In this document: positions 1 to 11,299 of the stretch, in pieces
Layout: each line of letters begins with the position of its first letter
Numbering within the stretch: the first letter of the stretch is position 1
NCBI GenBank assembly: GCA_964106915.2
Contig: OZ066929.1
DNA length: 64,000 nucleotides
Direction: 5' to 3' (one strand)
Source of the DNA: Podarcis gaigeae
Lineage: Eukaryota
Position numbers and translations under genes: made by a program
The notes under the pieces: model-generated
Told to the model about the DNA's origin: nothing
The model's input: the letters and a program-made list of their open reading frames with translations, nothing else
The model's database searches: none

Positions 1-3000
1 TCTCCAGTGTCGGATTCCAACTCCCATCATCATTGACCATCTGGGCTGGGGCTGATGGGAGCTGGAGTCCAACGACACCTGAGGGCCACTGATTGTCAAT
101 CTCTGGTCTAATGTGGTGACAAATGGCCTGAACACCAAGGAACAAAAATGGATGGGCCACTGGAAGAACACTGCACTTTAGAGCTTATTCTGTATAATCG
201 ACTGGAGGTGGAGCAGTTGCACATTGGAATGCTCCTGCACATCAACAGCACCTTGAATGCTGAAAGTGAGAGAATCTCCTACCAAGGTAAGAATTCTTGT
301 CTTTTACTAGGCTGCATTAGTTCTTCCCTACCCAGAAATTTGTGGGTGGGAGAGAGTATTCACACAGGCAGTTCAGCCCCCACATCCCACTGCCTGACAT
401 GGTATGGTCCAGGGAGAAGGATAATTTTAAGAGGTCTCTTGAGCATGTGATGTAAATCACCCCAAAATTCATATACCCAAGAACCATGTGCAAAAATCTT
501 CACCCAGTCAGAGCACCACAACTCTTGCCAGTGGCATCATCAAGACTTTGGAACAGGTATCCAGGGTCCCACTCAGCAACATGAGCAGGCAAGCTGGCAT
601 AAACAGAGGACTGGTTTCCCGTAGCTTGAAGTGAAGTGAATTATACACATCACTGTCTAAAAAGTGTTGTCACTGTAAGACAATAGTCCAAAATTACTGC
701 ACCACAAGTTATTACTAATGATACCCCACCCCACCCCCTTTGTCACCCTTGGGCTTTTTCCTTGGGGGATAAAGTTTGCCTGAAAAGACTGGGAAACTGT
801 CTAATCTGGTCCTGAAAAGTGGAGCTAATAATTGCTCCACAGACAAAGGCTGTAGCCATGGCTCTAGGTTGCTTGCAAGTCCTTCCTGCAATGCCCTTAA
901 ATGCTGCCTAGGTAAGTTCTGTGAATGCTGTGATTCCTGCTTTAAATGGAGATGCCAGGGGCTATGTCCATGTCTCATGCCTGCATATGCAGGCGCGCAC
1001 ACACACCACACTATGCCACCAAGCTGTGGCTCAACACACTGGCTATTGTTGCAATGTGTTTCATCAGTCAAACAGCATCACTCCATTGACTGATTTCAGC
1101 TCACAAACTGGCCACTTTTGCTCTTTCTCTTTCTCTGTTTCCAACATGTTGTGACCTTTGAATCTTCTGTTCAAGATGTAAAGGCAGCTTATACATTAAT
1201 TTACTGGCATGTACCTGCCCTCCCATTTATTTATTTTTGCTGAAATCAACACAGTCATTCCCAGGTGATTTATGGTGGTCCAAATCTTAGCAGGTGGAGG
1301 AGAGGCTGAGCTGATGATGATCAGGGACAGAGGAATGGATTGAAGAGCCAGTTGTTTGCTCAGCTCATTGTTCAAATGAATGAGAAAGGGGGTGGATAGG
1401 GGCACACATGCTAACAGAAGTTCTGACTACATCAGATTAATCCCTCCTAGTTTTAAATCCAGTGCCCCAAAGAACATAGGATGTCAACAGCTACTTTAAC
1501 CATAGGAGACATTCCTTTCATTGTCTCCCAAGAGGACAGTCAGAAAAAACTGTGGGAACTGCCAGCCCCACAAACACCCAACCGGTCTCATCTGCCATGG
1601 AATCCCTGCATCCTCTCATCTCTCATTAGCGACTTGCCTGGGCCAATAAAACAGGAGCCCTAAGCAACTGGAACAATGAGACTCTTCAGCAAACAAGGGC
1701 CAGGCAAAGACCCAGACATATCCGCCCCCCCCCCCCAGCTTGTCTAAGGGATCGGTGGGAGACGGCATTCACTACCCAAGCAATCTGCCTGCTTGCTATC
1801 ACATTTCTGTACACAGTGCATTTTGTTGTAGCAACCTCACCACCACAACCACACAGACATTCTCTTCTAATATCTACACCAAAGAAAAGTTTGTGCCTCG
1901 GTCACTGGAAGCCCAACTCCTGCGTAACCAGTTTCTCTGCAATTAAAAAGGCAGACCACCACATTCTGCCTTTCTGTAAGGTTCCCTAGCCCAGAAATTG
2001 GGAACATGTGGCCATTCAGATCTTGTCGGACTCTCTGTTCCCATCAACCACAGCTAGCGTGGCCAATGGTCAAGGATGTTGGTGGTGGGTCACAAGTTCC
2101 TGACCTCTGCCTGAGTCCAACAGCTCCTTGTAGCTTCAGCTATTGTCACTGGGCTCCAGACTTTGTGAAGATTCCTTTCCTTTTAAGGGTTGCATTTACA
2201 CCAAGTACTGCTTTTGCTCATCATTGCCACACAGCTAGGAAATAATTCACAACTATGCGATTCAAATCACAGGAACCCACTCTGAGGATCTGGATCAGGG
2301 AACACTTTAATAGCAGGTTGCTTCAAGGAATCTTGTTTTGGGGTATATGTTGAGGCTGCAACATCCACTGTCTCCGTAGGCCATGACAGAAAGTAGGATT
2401 CCATTTCCTACCTTCTTAAGAGCGATCATAGGATTTGTAGAAACTTATTTAGACAGGCAGAACAGCAGCTCAAAAAGTTGAAACAAGGAGATAGGGGTCA
2501 TCCAAAGTACCAGTGGAATGCATTGACCAATTCTATGAGGATGGGTGGACAAAGGAGTGATATAGAAGCTGTAGAGGTGTCGCTGCAGGTCCGGTTTTAA
2601 GGCAGTGGCTACTCAGAGATAGCTGGAGAGGGGTCTTGTGGGGAATTTTGAGTGCAGGATTTCTGGTGTAAGATTTTATAGACAAGGCAGTCTGACCAAC
2701 TGCAGGAAGCAGTCTTGGTGCAGAGCAGTTTCACAGGCTGATTTGACTACACTACACTTTCCCTTAGAGCAATCTAGGAGCTTCTCAACTTGTGTCCTTC
2801 TCTTGAGGTGGTGAGGAGGGAAGAATGCATTCAGGTCCTGCTTCCAAGCTTCCCCAGGCATCTGGGTGGTCGCTATAAGAACAGGAAGATGAACAAGCTG
2901 GGCCCCTGGCCTGATTCAGAAGGTGGCTTCTTATGTATATTTATTCATCTTTATAAAAACACTTCTAAACTTCATTGGGGGCCCTTTTCAGAGTTGACAG

Positions 3001-3353
3001 TTGTGGAAGATAACTGAAACGCCGCAAACATTAAAGGCCATTTAGACAGGTAACACAGATCCACAACAGGCAATATTAAAAATACACAAAGCTTGGCAGT
3101 ATACACGTTATGTGAAAAAGGTGCAGTTTGCTTTTTGTCCCTGAAATGGCATCCAATTCCACAATTATTACAAGCCTGTTCTAATTGTCTGCTGGAAAAA
3201 CTGGTCCCCAGAGGAAGGCAACCATCGTAAGTGCTTGGGTTGCTATTTTATATGAAACCTCCACAGCAGCTGTAAACACCAATGCAGTGTAGTAACTGCT
3301 GGTTATGGGATGGCAGTGGCAAACACATGGAAGCACTGTAACCCTCAAGCGCA

Positions 3354-3488
3354 CAGCCTTCCCTCGCCTGGTGCTCTCCAGGTGTCAGGACTATAACTCC
3401 CATCAGCTCTAGGCAGCACAGCCATGGTTAGGGAATAATTGGAGTTATAGTTCAATACTTCGGAACGGCACCAGGTCAGAGAAGGCTG
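3354..3488. mobile_element. Short palindromic hAT-like MITE (related copies at 1-95, 4380-4509, 56551-56660)
   Basis: Ends cagcctt.. / ..aaggctg; internal inverted aactcccatc / ggagtt motif shared between copies. Confidence 0.6.
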
Positions 3489-3876
3489 GCCTACTGTCAC
3501 CATTTAAATAAGGTGTGTGCCAAATGGTAGATTTGAAATTAGTTATTATTTGTGATAATGATTATTATTCCAAATGTATTATCAAACACCAATTTAAACA
3601 CCATGAAATAATGTATGTATAAACTTATGTATAAACTAAAAAACATCAAACCTAGAGGGCAGCATAAAAATAACCCAATTGATCTATTGGGTTCAGTAAA
3701 AAATGATTGGGGAAATAAAAAAGGACTTCACCTGTTGTAGAAAAACTATCAGACTTTTCTGGGGAGAGCATTCCAAAACCAGGGCACAACAATTGAAAAG
3801 GTCCTGAAAATATCCCCATATGTCCGGGGTAAACACAAAGTATACTAACCAATCATTTCATTTTATGATTCGCAGA

Positions 3877-3877
<1 letters not shown>

Positions 3878-3929
<52 letters not shown>
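3878..3929. repeat. Compound (GT)n(GA)n microsatellite
   Basis: Direct reading. Confidence 0.97.
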
Positions 3930-3932
<3 letters not shown>

Positions 3933-4239
3933 GTTGTGTGTACAACTACTAATACCAAAATAACAATAACAAAGCAGCGTTAAGCAGTTAACTTACTTGG
4001 CATAGCACTTGGAATCCATAATTCTGGAGAATTCAGATTTAAACGTTGGAGACTGAAACACCAGACAGCAATTGTAACTATTACACCAAAGCAGCAGCAT
4101 TCTCTTTAATATTAAAAACAAGGAAAATCCTGCCCAAACCTACATCATTTAAACATATGTACAATTTTCCTTTTTAAAAAAGAATATTACAACTTTTAAA
4201 GGAAAATATAGTGTATTTTTTTCTATATGATACAAAAGA

Positions 4240-7200
4240 CATGCATCTTTAAAACCATTTATTTGCAAAAGAACAAGAATTACAAATATTAGAACGCTTG
4301 CTGCTTAGACAGCAATACTTTATTTAACCAAGTTGCTTTTAAGAGATTGGAGGGGGATAAGACCTTTTATAATGAAGACCAGTATCCCTTAACCTGGTAC
4401 CCTTAAGAAGTTGTGGGACTCCATCAGCTCTAGCCAGTATGACCAATGTTTCGGGATTACGGAAATTGTAATCCAGCAACATACAGAGGCCACCAGGTTG
4501 GGAAACACTTCAGTTCCATAGGCAGGACATATGCCATCAAGAAAGTTGTTCAAAAAAAACTTGTCAAAGCTGAAGTGGTTTCCCAGCACTGGCTCCTTAT
4601 ATTGGACAGATTTCAGTGGGACATATTTGCCAATTTTGTGCTTGGACTTACAGACTTGCTAGTGCCATACATAACATGGATAGCTGTGGTATAATAATAT
4701 ATCGCTGCATCAGTTCTTGCCATTTTAAAGTAGTCAGAAGCCCTTCTAATGAGTCAGAGACCTTTGAGGATGAACAAAAGGAGAACATCTAACCTATCGC
4801 AAGCCAAATTTGTGCATTTTGTTTCTGGTTTAACATAATCTGCATCTTTCCATGAGGACAGATGCCAAACTACTGATGACAGACACACAGCATTTCGTCT
4901 GCGGCAGTAATATATTCTGATCATGAATTTTGTATATGAGAAATATTCAGGGAAAATCTGCTAAACACTAAAAGCATGAGAATGAATGTGGAGTTTAGAC
5001 TTCTACTGGCTTATCTGGTTCCAAAGCTCTGTGAAGACATGAGAACTAGAAACATTGAGAAGCTAGCATTCTAAAGATTTTAAACAAGATGCTGTAAGTC
5101 TCATGAAAGTGCTTTGTGAGCCATTAAAAAGTCCCACAAATTTATTGTGCTTAATGAATTTGAAAAGGCAGTAACAGCTTAAGTGGATACCAAGTAGGAA
5201 GGCACATTATTATCCATCAGTACATGCAAAAACAAGATTTTCTTTGTTTCCTGACCAGGAGTCACTAGTCAGAATCTAATATGGAACTGAATGAGCAGGT
5301 AGATCAGAGAAACTTGGCCACTTGTCTATGCTTTGCAAGGTTCGTAATTACACACCTATGATTGAGGGAAAACTCACAATCCCCCTAAAATATAAAGGCA
5401 ATATATAACTTTTATAAATAAAATACAATAAAAAGGAAAAACACTTAAAACAGTGTCACACAATATAAATAAAGCAGTCCTTGATGAGATTCTACTACAA
5501 CAGATTACAAACTCTTTCCCAGCCTCCAAGTATGACTTTCTCAGTTCCGAATCAAAAGGCTCATGTTACCTGCCTGGACTCTATTGAAGTGGCCTCGTAT
5601 GACAGAGAAGGTGCCAGAATCCCTTAAATTCCCACATCAAAAGTACTCTGACATTCTTGCTTTTTGAAAAGGCATATATAATAATTGTCTCCAAACCAGC
5701 TGGGACTTTGCTTCCACCAGGTCACATTCATTTACTAGTTGTCACTCCCCCTCTAAGGCTTTGAAAAGTAATTTCTCAGAAGTGTCCAGCCATTAGTTTA
5801 GTTTGGAGATGAGCAGCAGAGATGTTCTGTGGGCCTAATTATAAATTGAATCAAGTCTTGTTCTAATTTCCTACAAAGAAAGGGGTCCTTGCACAGTAAC
5901 CCAATAAGCACTGCAAATTCTCATTAGGGAGCCTTATTTATAATATTATATAATATACATAATATATTATATAAAATAATCACACACTATATACACACAC
6001 AGCATTTGACAATTGCTGCAACAGATATAAAAATACAAAGCTTGTTTTTATCGCGCGCGCGCACACACACAAAATACACACACAAATGTTACTCAGTATG
6101 GTACATTGCACCTATGAGCACCTCTGCTCTTCTGTAAGGGGCTTGCAATTACTATTCAGTATATTTGGCCTTCCCTCTATTCCCCCCCTCACCCCTTCTT
6201 CAAACGGGCGTTTCTAGTTCCTGGATCTAGCTAGGAAAATGAATTCACATTGCCGCGAGGCAACTGCAAATACAGAGTTATGTGCCTCCAATTCGTGGAG
6301 CTGTTTTACAAGTGTAAGTTTGTTTTATTTGTGCTGGTTAAAACTGGGAGAAGGTGGAAATATGCAGCTAGCCTTGTGACGTACACATTGTGCCCTCAGC
6401 TATTTCTGAAGCACAGGCACCTTTCTTAAAGCTACATATACAGGTGTTGTACAACTTGGCTGCAAGTCTGACACAACCATTGAATAGTGTTGGGCGCTGC
6501 GGGGAGAAGCAGCTATTTTGTCCTCTGAAAGAAGTGAAACAAGGGTGTTAAGCATTCTGCATCACCCACAGCCCCGACTGCCCTGATTTTACACCTATTA
6601 TCCAAGTTCCATGAAGATACACAGAATAATCATGGTAATTATTGGGAAGCTCCTCAACCCCCCCCCCCCAAATAATTTATTCAAGTTGGCAACCCTGGGA
6701 AGGTGTAAGACAAAGGACTTGAGTCTGAAGCTGGTGCCTAAACCAAATGAACAAAATGTTCTAGAAGCCTTACATTCTAAGCTTGATTGTGTGATGCTCC
6801 AGTGTATTTATAAAGCAGCCTAAGCAGAACCCTTTTCTGGACCAACTTCTGGCAAAGGGTGAGTTTGTACGACCTATTTCATAGAATGTGTTGCTAAACT
6901 TAACTACCAACAACTAGCACTTTTGTCCCCAAATCTCCCTCAATACTGCTCCATCTTGTGAAAGTGAATAATTATAAAGGTTCTAACTGTGGATTAACCA
7001 GGACAACTATTCTCAACTTCCTCCATTCTGGCCATTTTCCTCCTGGTGTTTCCCTCTCTAAGCTGTTTTTCTTAATGTGGACTGTGTATGAACTTATTTA
7101 CCCTTAAAGCAAACTCCGGAAACACACTTTTTTTTTTTTGGGGGGGGGGAGATAGGAGGGAGCCATTTCCAATTCAGAACAATCACTGACATCAAATTCT

Positions 7201-8089
7201 CCCCTTGCTTTTTTTAACCCAAGCATTCTACAAAGCCTTTCAAAAAGCTCACCTAACTCAAGTAGGAAAATGTGCCCTGTACATTCTCCTTGATGCACAG
7301 GACACATAACAGGAACATCAGGAAACAAATCAAAATGCTTTAGAATGGCAATAGGGGGTGCCGGTGCAAAATACCCATGCTCAACTCTTCCACCCAGCAG
7401 TAAGGGTTACATATGTGTCTGCCAACCATTAATTGTTGCCCATGTTGTGCCTTTCACTATCTGGAACGAGTATGGCAAGAACTTCACACCTTAACTACTA
7501 CATTCACTTAAATGAGCCTCTCTTCAGTCCTGCCATTTTCCAACAAGTTTTCGCTAGCACTAAGTGAGAACCAGACTTCCATTGAAAGTTCCATGTTTTT
7601 TCCACTTTAGGGTGTTTAGAATTAGGTGGCAACAGTTCATTAATATGCTGTTACAATTTAAATTTCCATAGCCAAAAGTTCATTCTGTTTTCATTTGCAC
7701 TGAACCATCCTGTGGAGTTATATCACCAAATTGCAAATTATAAACCGAAGATAGACTTGGATCTGAACCAATCTAATAAGTACTTCTCCTAAATGTTTGC
7801 ACTATAATGAAGCTGTATTTTTCCAATGTCCATGGAAAACATTTTAGTATGTTTCCTGTAATGACAACATACCTTCAGATAGTCACAATGGTGTCGTGCT
7901 GGGAAGGAATTTCTCAAGACATAAATAAAATGAAAAGGCAAAAGGCTTTCTTAAAAACATACATTCATAGGACACTACACCAAAAAATAAATAGCATCTT
8001 TTATAATTAACATCCTGTTGTAAGTCTCTTTCAGCGACTTTGCTGTGCAGTTACTGGCTTTAAGTGGGGAGGGGAAGGAGGTCAGTTCC
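4240..8089 (-). other. CDON: Probable long CDON 3' UTR (distal end uncertain)
   Basis: AT-rich and nearly free of young TEs. Minus-strand AATAAA at 6681-6676, 6329-6324, 5146-5141, 4324-4319 and 4263-4258. The UTR may extend further toward ~3500. Confidence 0.55.
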
Positions 8090-8253
8090 TTAAGTCTCTT
8101 GTACTTGGAGCTGTCGAAGACTCCCCAAACCGTCCAACGTAACGCCATTTGAAATCCCTTCTGTCTTTTCATTACAGTCTTTTGAAAGAGGCTGGAGAAT
8201 AAGGGGGCTCCAGCTCAACATGTGATCTGATGTTTCCAAATGTGCACTGTGAT
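8090..8253 (-). CDS. CDON: CDON last exon, coding part
   Basis: Hand translation DHSAHLETSDHMLSWSPLILQPLSKDCNEKTEGISNGVTLDGLGSLRQLQVQET*; ttgcag| acceptor; TAA at 8092-8090. Confidence 0.93.
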
Positions 8254-8770
8254 CTGCAAATTAAAAACACAGCTATTATCAACTAGTTGTCTATTAGCAA
8301 CTTCAACAACCATCAAATTTATCAAGAGGCTTCATACAAGCTCCAACAGGCTGGGAAACAAGACTACTATTTGATGAATCATCAACATTCCTCCCTCCCC
8401 CGCTGTCCTGCAGCTCTTCTATACTAAGTAGCTAGTTTGATTAATCTTAGTTGCTGAAACACAAGATCACAGCCGAAGGTGGTCTTGGCAGAGATTTAAA
8501 TAAATTAGCACAGTGTTTAAAACAATTTAGTCACCACAAATAATCCAAGGAGAGTACTGGATGAAATCCATTTTTAAAAAAGAAAAAGAAGCCCGCAGTT
8601 TAAGCATCACAGCACCAAATTCCATAACATGCACAGGGAACCACAAGAAGCTTAAGTATTTAATCTCAGTCTGAGTTTGGTTTCTGTGCTAAATTGCTCT
8701 GATTATAAATAAAAAGCAACTGCCTCGGAGGCAGCTATATATTTCCACAATTCCCAAAATGCTGGCGTAC

Positions 8771-9024
8771 CTTCTATACAATCTGTACTGAGAGGATTCA
8801 CATTTTCTTGGTCACAGGAGTCCCGAGGAGATGGGGGATCCACTTTCTCCTTGCCGTCTTCCTCTGCCTCAGCGTTGCATCCGGGGGTTGTGGATGCTAA
8901 GCACATCGCAACCATCATATGATTCAACGGTTTCATTTCTAAACTGTCCTGCTGATAAGGTGCTACGATGGGCATCACAGCTGCAGGGTTGCTTCCAAAA
9001 GTGCCACTGGTTTTAGTGAAGCAC
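8771..9024 (-). CDS. CDON: CDON exon 19 (cytoplasmic)
   Basis: CFTKTSGTF...VAPYQQDSLEMKPL...STDCIE; tag| and AAG|gtacgc; 254 nt keeps frame with the last exon. Confidence 0.9.
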
Positions 9025-10859
9025 CTAGAAAAATTCAAACACGTTCATGGAAAATGGCACACTATAAAGTATACTGTAAATCACTTTGTGATGCACCTTA
9101 TAAAGTGATTCATAAATGAAATAAACAATGTTTCATTACCCAGTTGTACAAAATAGAGGGGTTTTTATTTTTTTTAAAAAGACAGCTCCCACTAAGTGCT
9201 CTCTTACACATTTCTAAATGGGGTATTTTTTTGGAAATATAAGAAAAAGAACTTCAATATCAATTTGCTCTTTCAATTGGTAACCTGACCTCTGTTAAAG
9301 TGCTGCTGATAGAGTGATTACATTCAATATTGGATTCTTCAGCATTGTAAACTTAGAAAGTGAGAACATGCTTTCTAAGCCTTCCCAGAAAGAATCTTTG
9401 ATAATTCTCTCTCATTCTGGATTGTGAAAGACTAGTCAAGCAGGGAAGGAAGTCAATTCCTTATAGCGGAATCTACTTAGCCTTTGAACAACAACAAAAA
9501 AGGCATCTTACATCTAAAATCCTTTGTAGACATGCCCAGAGCTAATCCAAAGTGTTGGGAAACTGCCAGTGCTATAAATGTTTGCAGCTGGAGAACCAGC
9601 TTCTAAGGACACTGAGGTGGTTATCAACTTGCTTTTTCAACTTTCATGATATATGCTAACAAGTACTTAACTATATTATTTGTAACTAAACAAATGAGAA
9701 ACCAAAGCACACCCATATCTATTTAGGACAGGCATATGAACTGAAAATCTGGGACACAAAGCATGTGAACAATTAAGAATATTCTCCAAAACTATGATAG
9801 AAGTAGCAAAAATATTTTGACACTGCACTTCATCCTCTCACATATATACATGTTTACAGTGATTTAAATTAAACCTTTTCTTGTTACAGGGTTTATTAAG
9901 AGAACTTGAAATAAAACATAGAAAGTATTCTTCCACCAAGTAGAGGAACTACTGGCATATACATTCTTTGAATTCATTCACTTTTCATTGACTATGGCTT
10001 GCTAGCTCTCCATAATTATCTCCTAGGAAGAAGATGATTAACATGAAGCTCTGTCTTAAATTATTCCTTGGCAACCACACCACTTATTCACAATGGCTGT
10101 CAAAATACATCCTAAAGCTACATAATATTTAGCTTTACAGACAGAAAGCTTATTATGTGGAACTTTCTTTAGCCACAGAAGCAGAATCATAATTAGAAAT
10201 GCTTTGTTATTTATACAGTGCCAACGACGTGCTTTGCACTTTACAGAAGCAACCAAAAAGTCGCCCTGCTGCAAGTAGCTTACAATCTAAATTTTGTCAT
10301 GATAAGAGACAACAGAGCTAGGAGAAGGCTAAAGGGGATGAATGTGAGCAGATGGAAATACAGAGAGACTGTGTTTTGGCTTGTGATCAAGATTAAGAAG
10401 TTAAGGCACAGGATTCACAGAAGAGGTGGATTCAGAGGAGGAATGTGAATGGAGAGAGATAAGATTCATTTCACAAATGGAACACTCATATGGACAAATA
10501 CAACACAAGCTGCAAGATTCTTATTTGCAGGATATTTAAAATGTGTCTCAAGTTAACAAGCCATCCTCTTAATTTTTTAAAAAAACTTTCAGGCTCCCTT
10601 AACCTTGTACATAGTGGAAGAGTGTCTAGACAATGTAGCACAGAGCAGCATATATCTTTCTGCGTCATGTGAGAGCCTATGCATTTGAACAAATGGGTAT
10701 TCAAGACCTTAGCAGGAGTGCTATTGCCCTTTCTCCATATCTATATTTTCTGCCAAGACAAGGAACTAGCTGCTGCTTGCACAGGTTACCAGCCAGCGTC
10801 TGTCTATGTCTCTGGAATGGTCTTTGGGAGTCAACTGGTCCCTTCTTTAATGCCATTTA

Positions 10860-11299
10860 CCGTATTTTTCGCCCTATAGGACGCACTTTTTCCCGTTCAA
10901 AAATGAAGGGGAAATCTGTGTGCGTCCTATGGGGCGAATACAGGCTTTCGCTGAAGCTTGGAGAGCGCGAGGGGTTGGTGCGCACCGACCCCTCTCGCTC
11001 TCCAGGCTTCAGGAAGCTATCAGCAAGCCTGGGAAGCCCGCGGGAGTTCCCGCAGGGCTCCCCACTCTGCGGATAGCAGCCTGTTAGCCGGCGTGTGGGG
11101 TGCCCTGAAGCAGAGCGCCCCGCGCGCCGGGCAGACATCGGCCAGCCCCACAAGCTCGGGGGACAGCGGGGAGGCGCAGCGCTGCCATCCCGCTGTTCCC
11201 CGACCTGGTTTGGGGGGGGGCAATAAAGGGGAAAAAATTCCTTTATTTCCCCCCCCCCCAAAAAAAAATTAGGTGCGTCCTATGGGACGAAAAATACGG
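10860..11299. mobile_element. Non-autonomous Tc1/mariner-pogo-type DNA transposon (MITE)
   Basis: TIRs ccgtatttttcgccctataggacgcac / gtgcgtcctatgggacgaaaaatacgg; TA on both sides; CpG-rich, so probably young. Confidence 0.9.

Noticed and set aside
10669-11272. Overlapping 100-135 aa ORFs
   Set aside because: They lie in a GC-rich non-autonomous MITE and show no transposase motifs.
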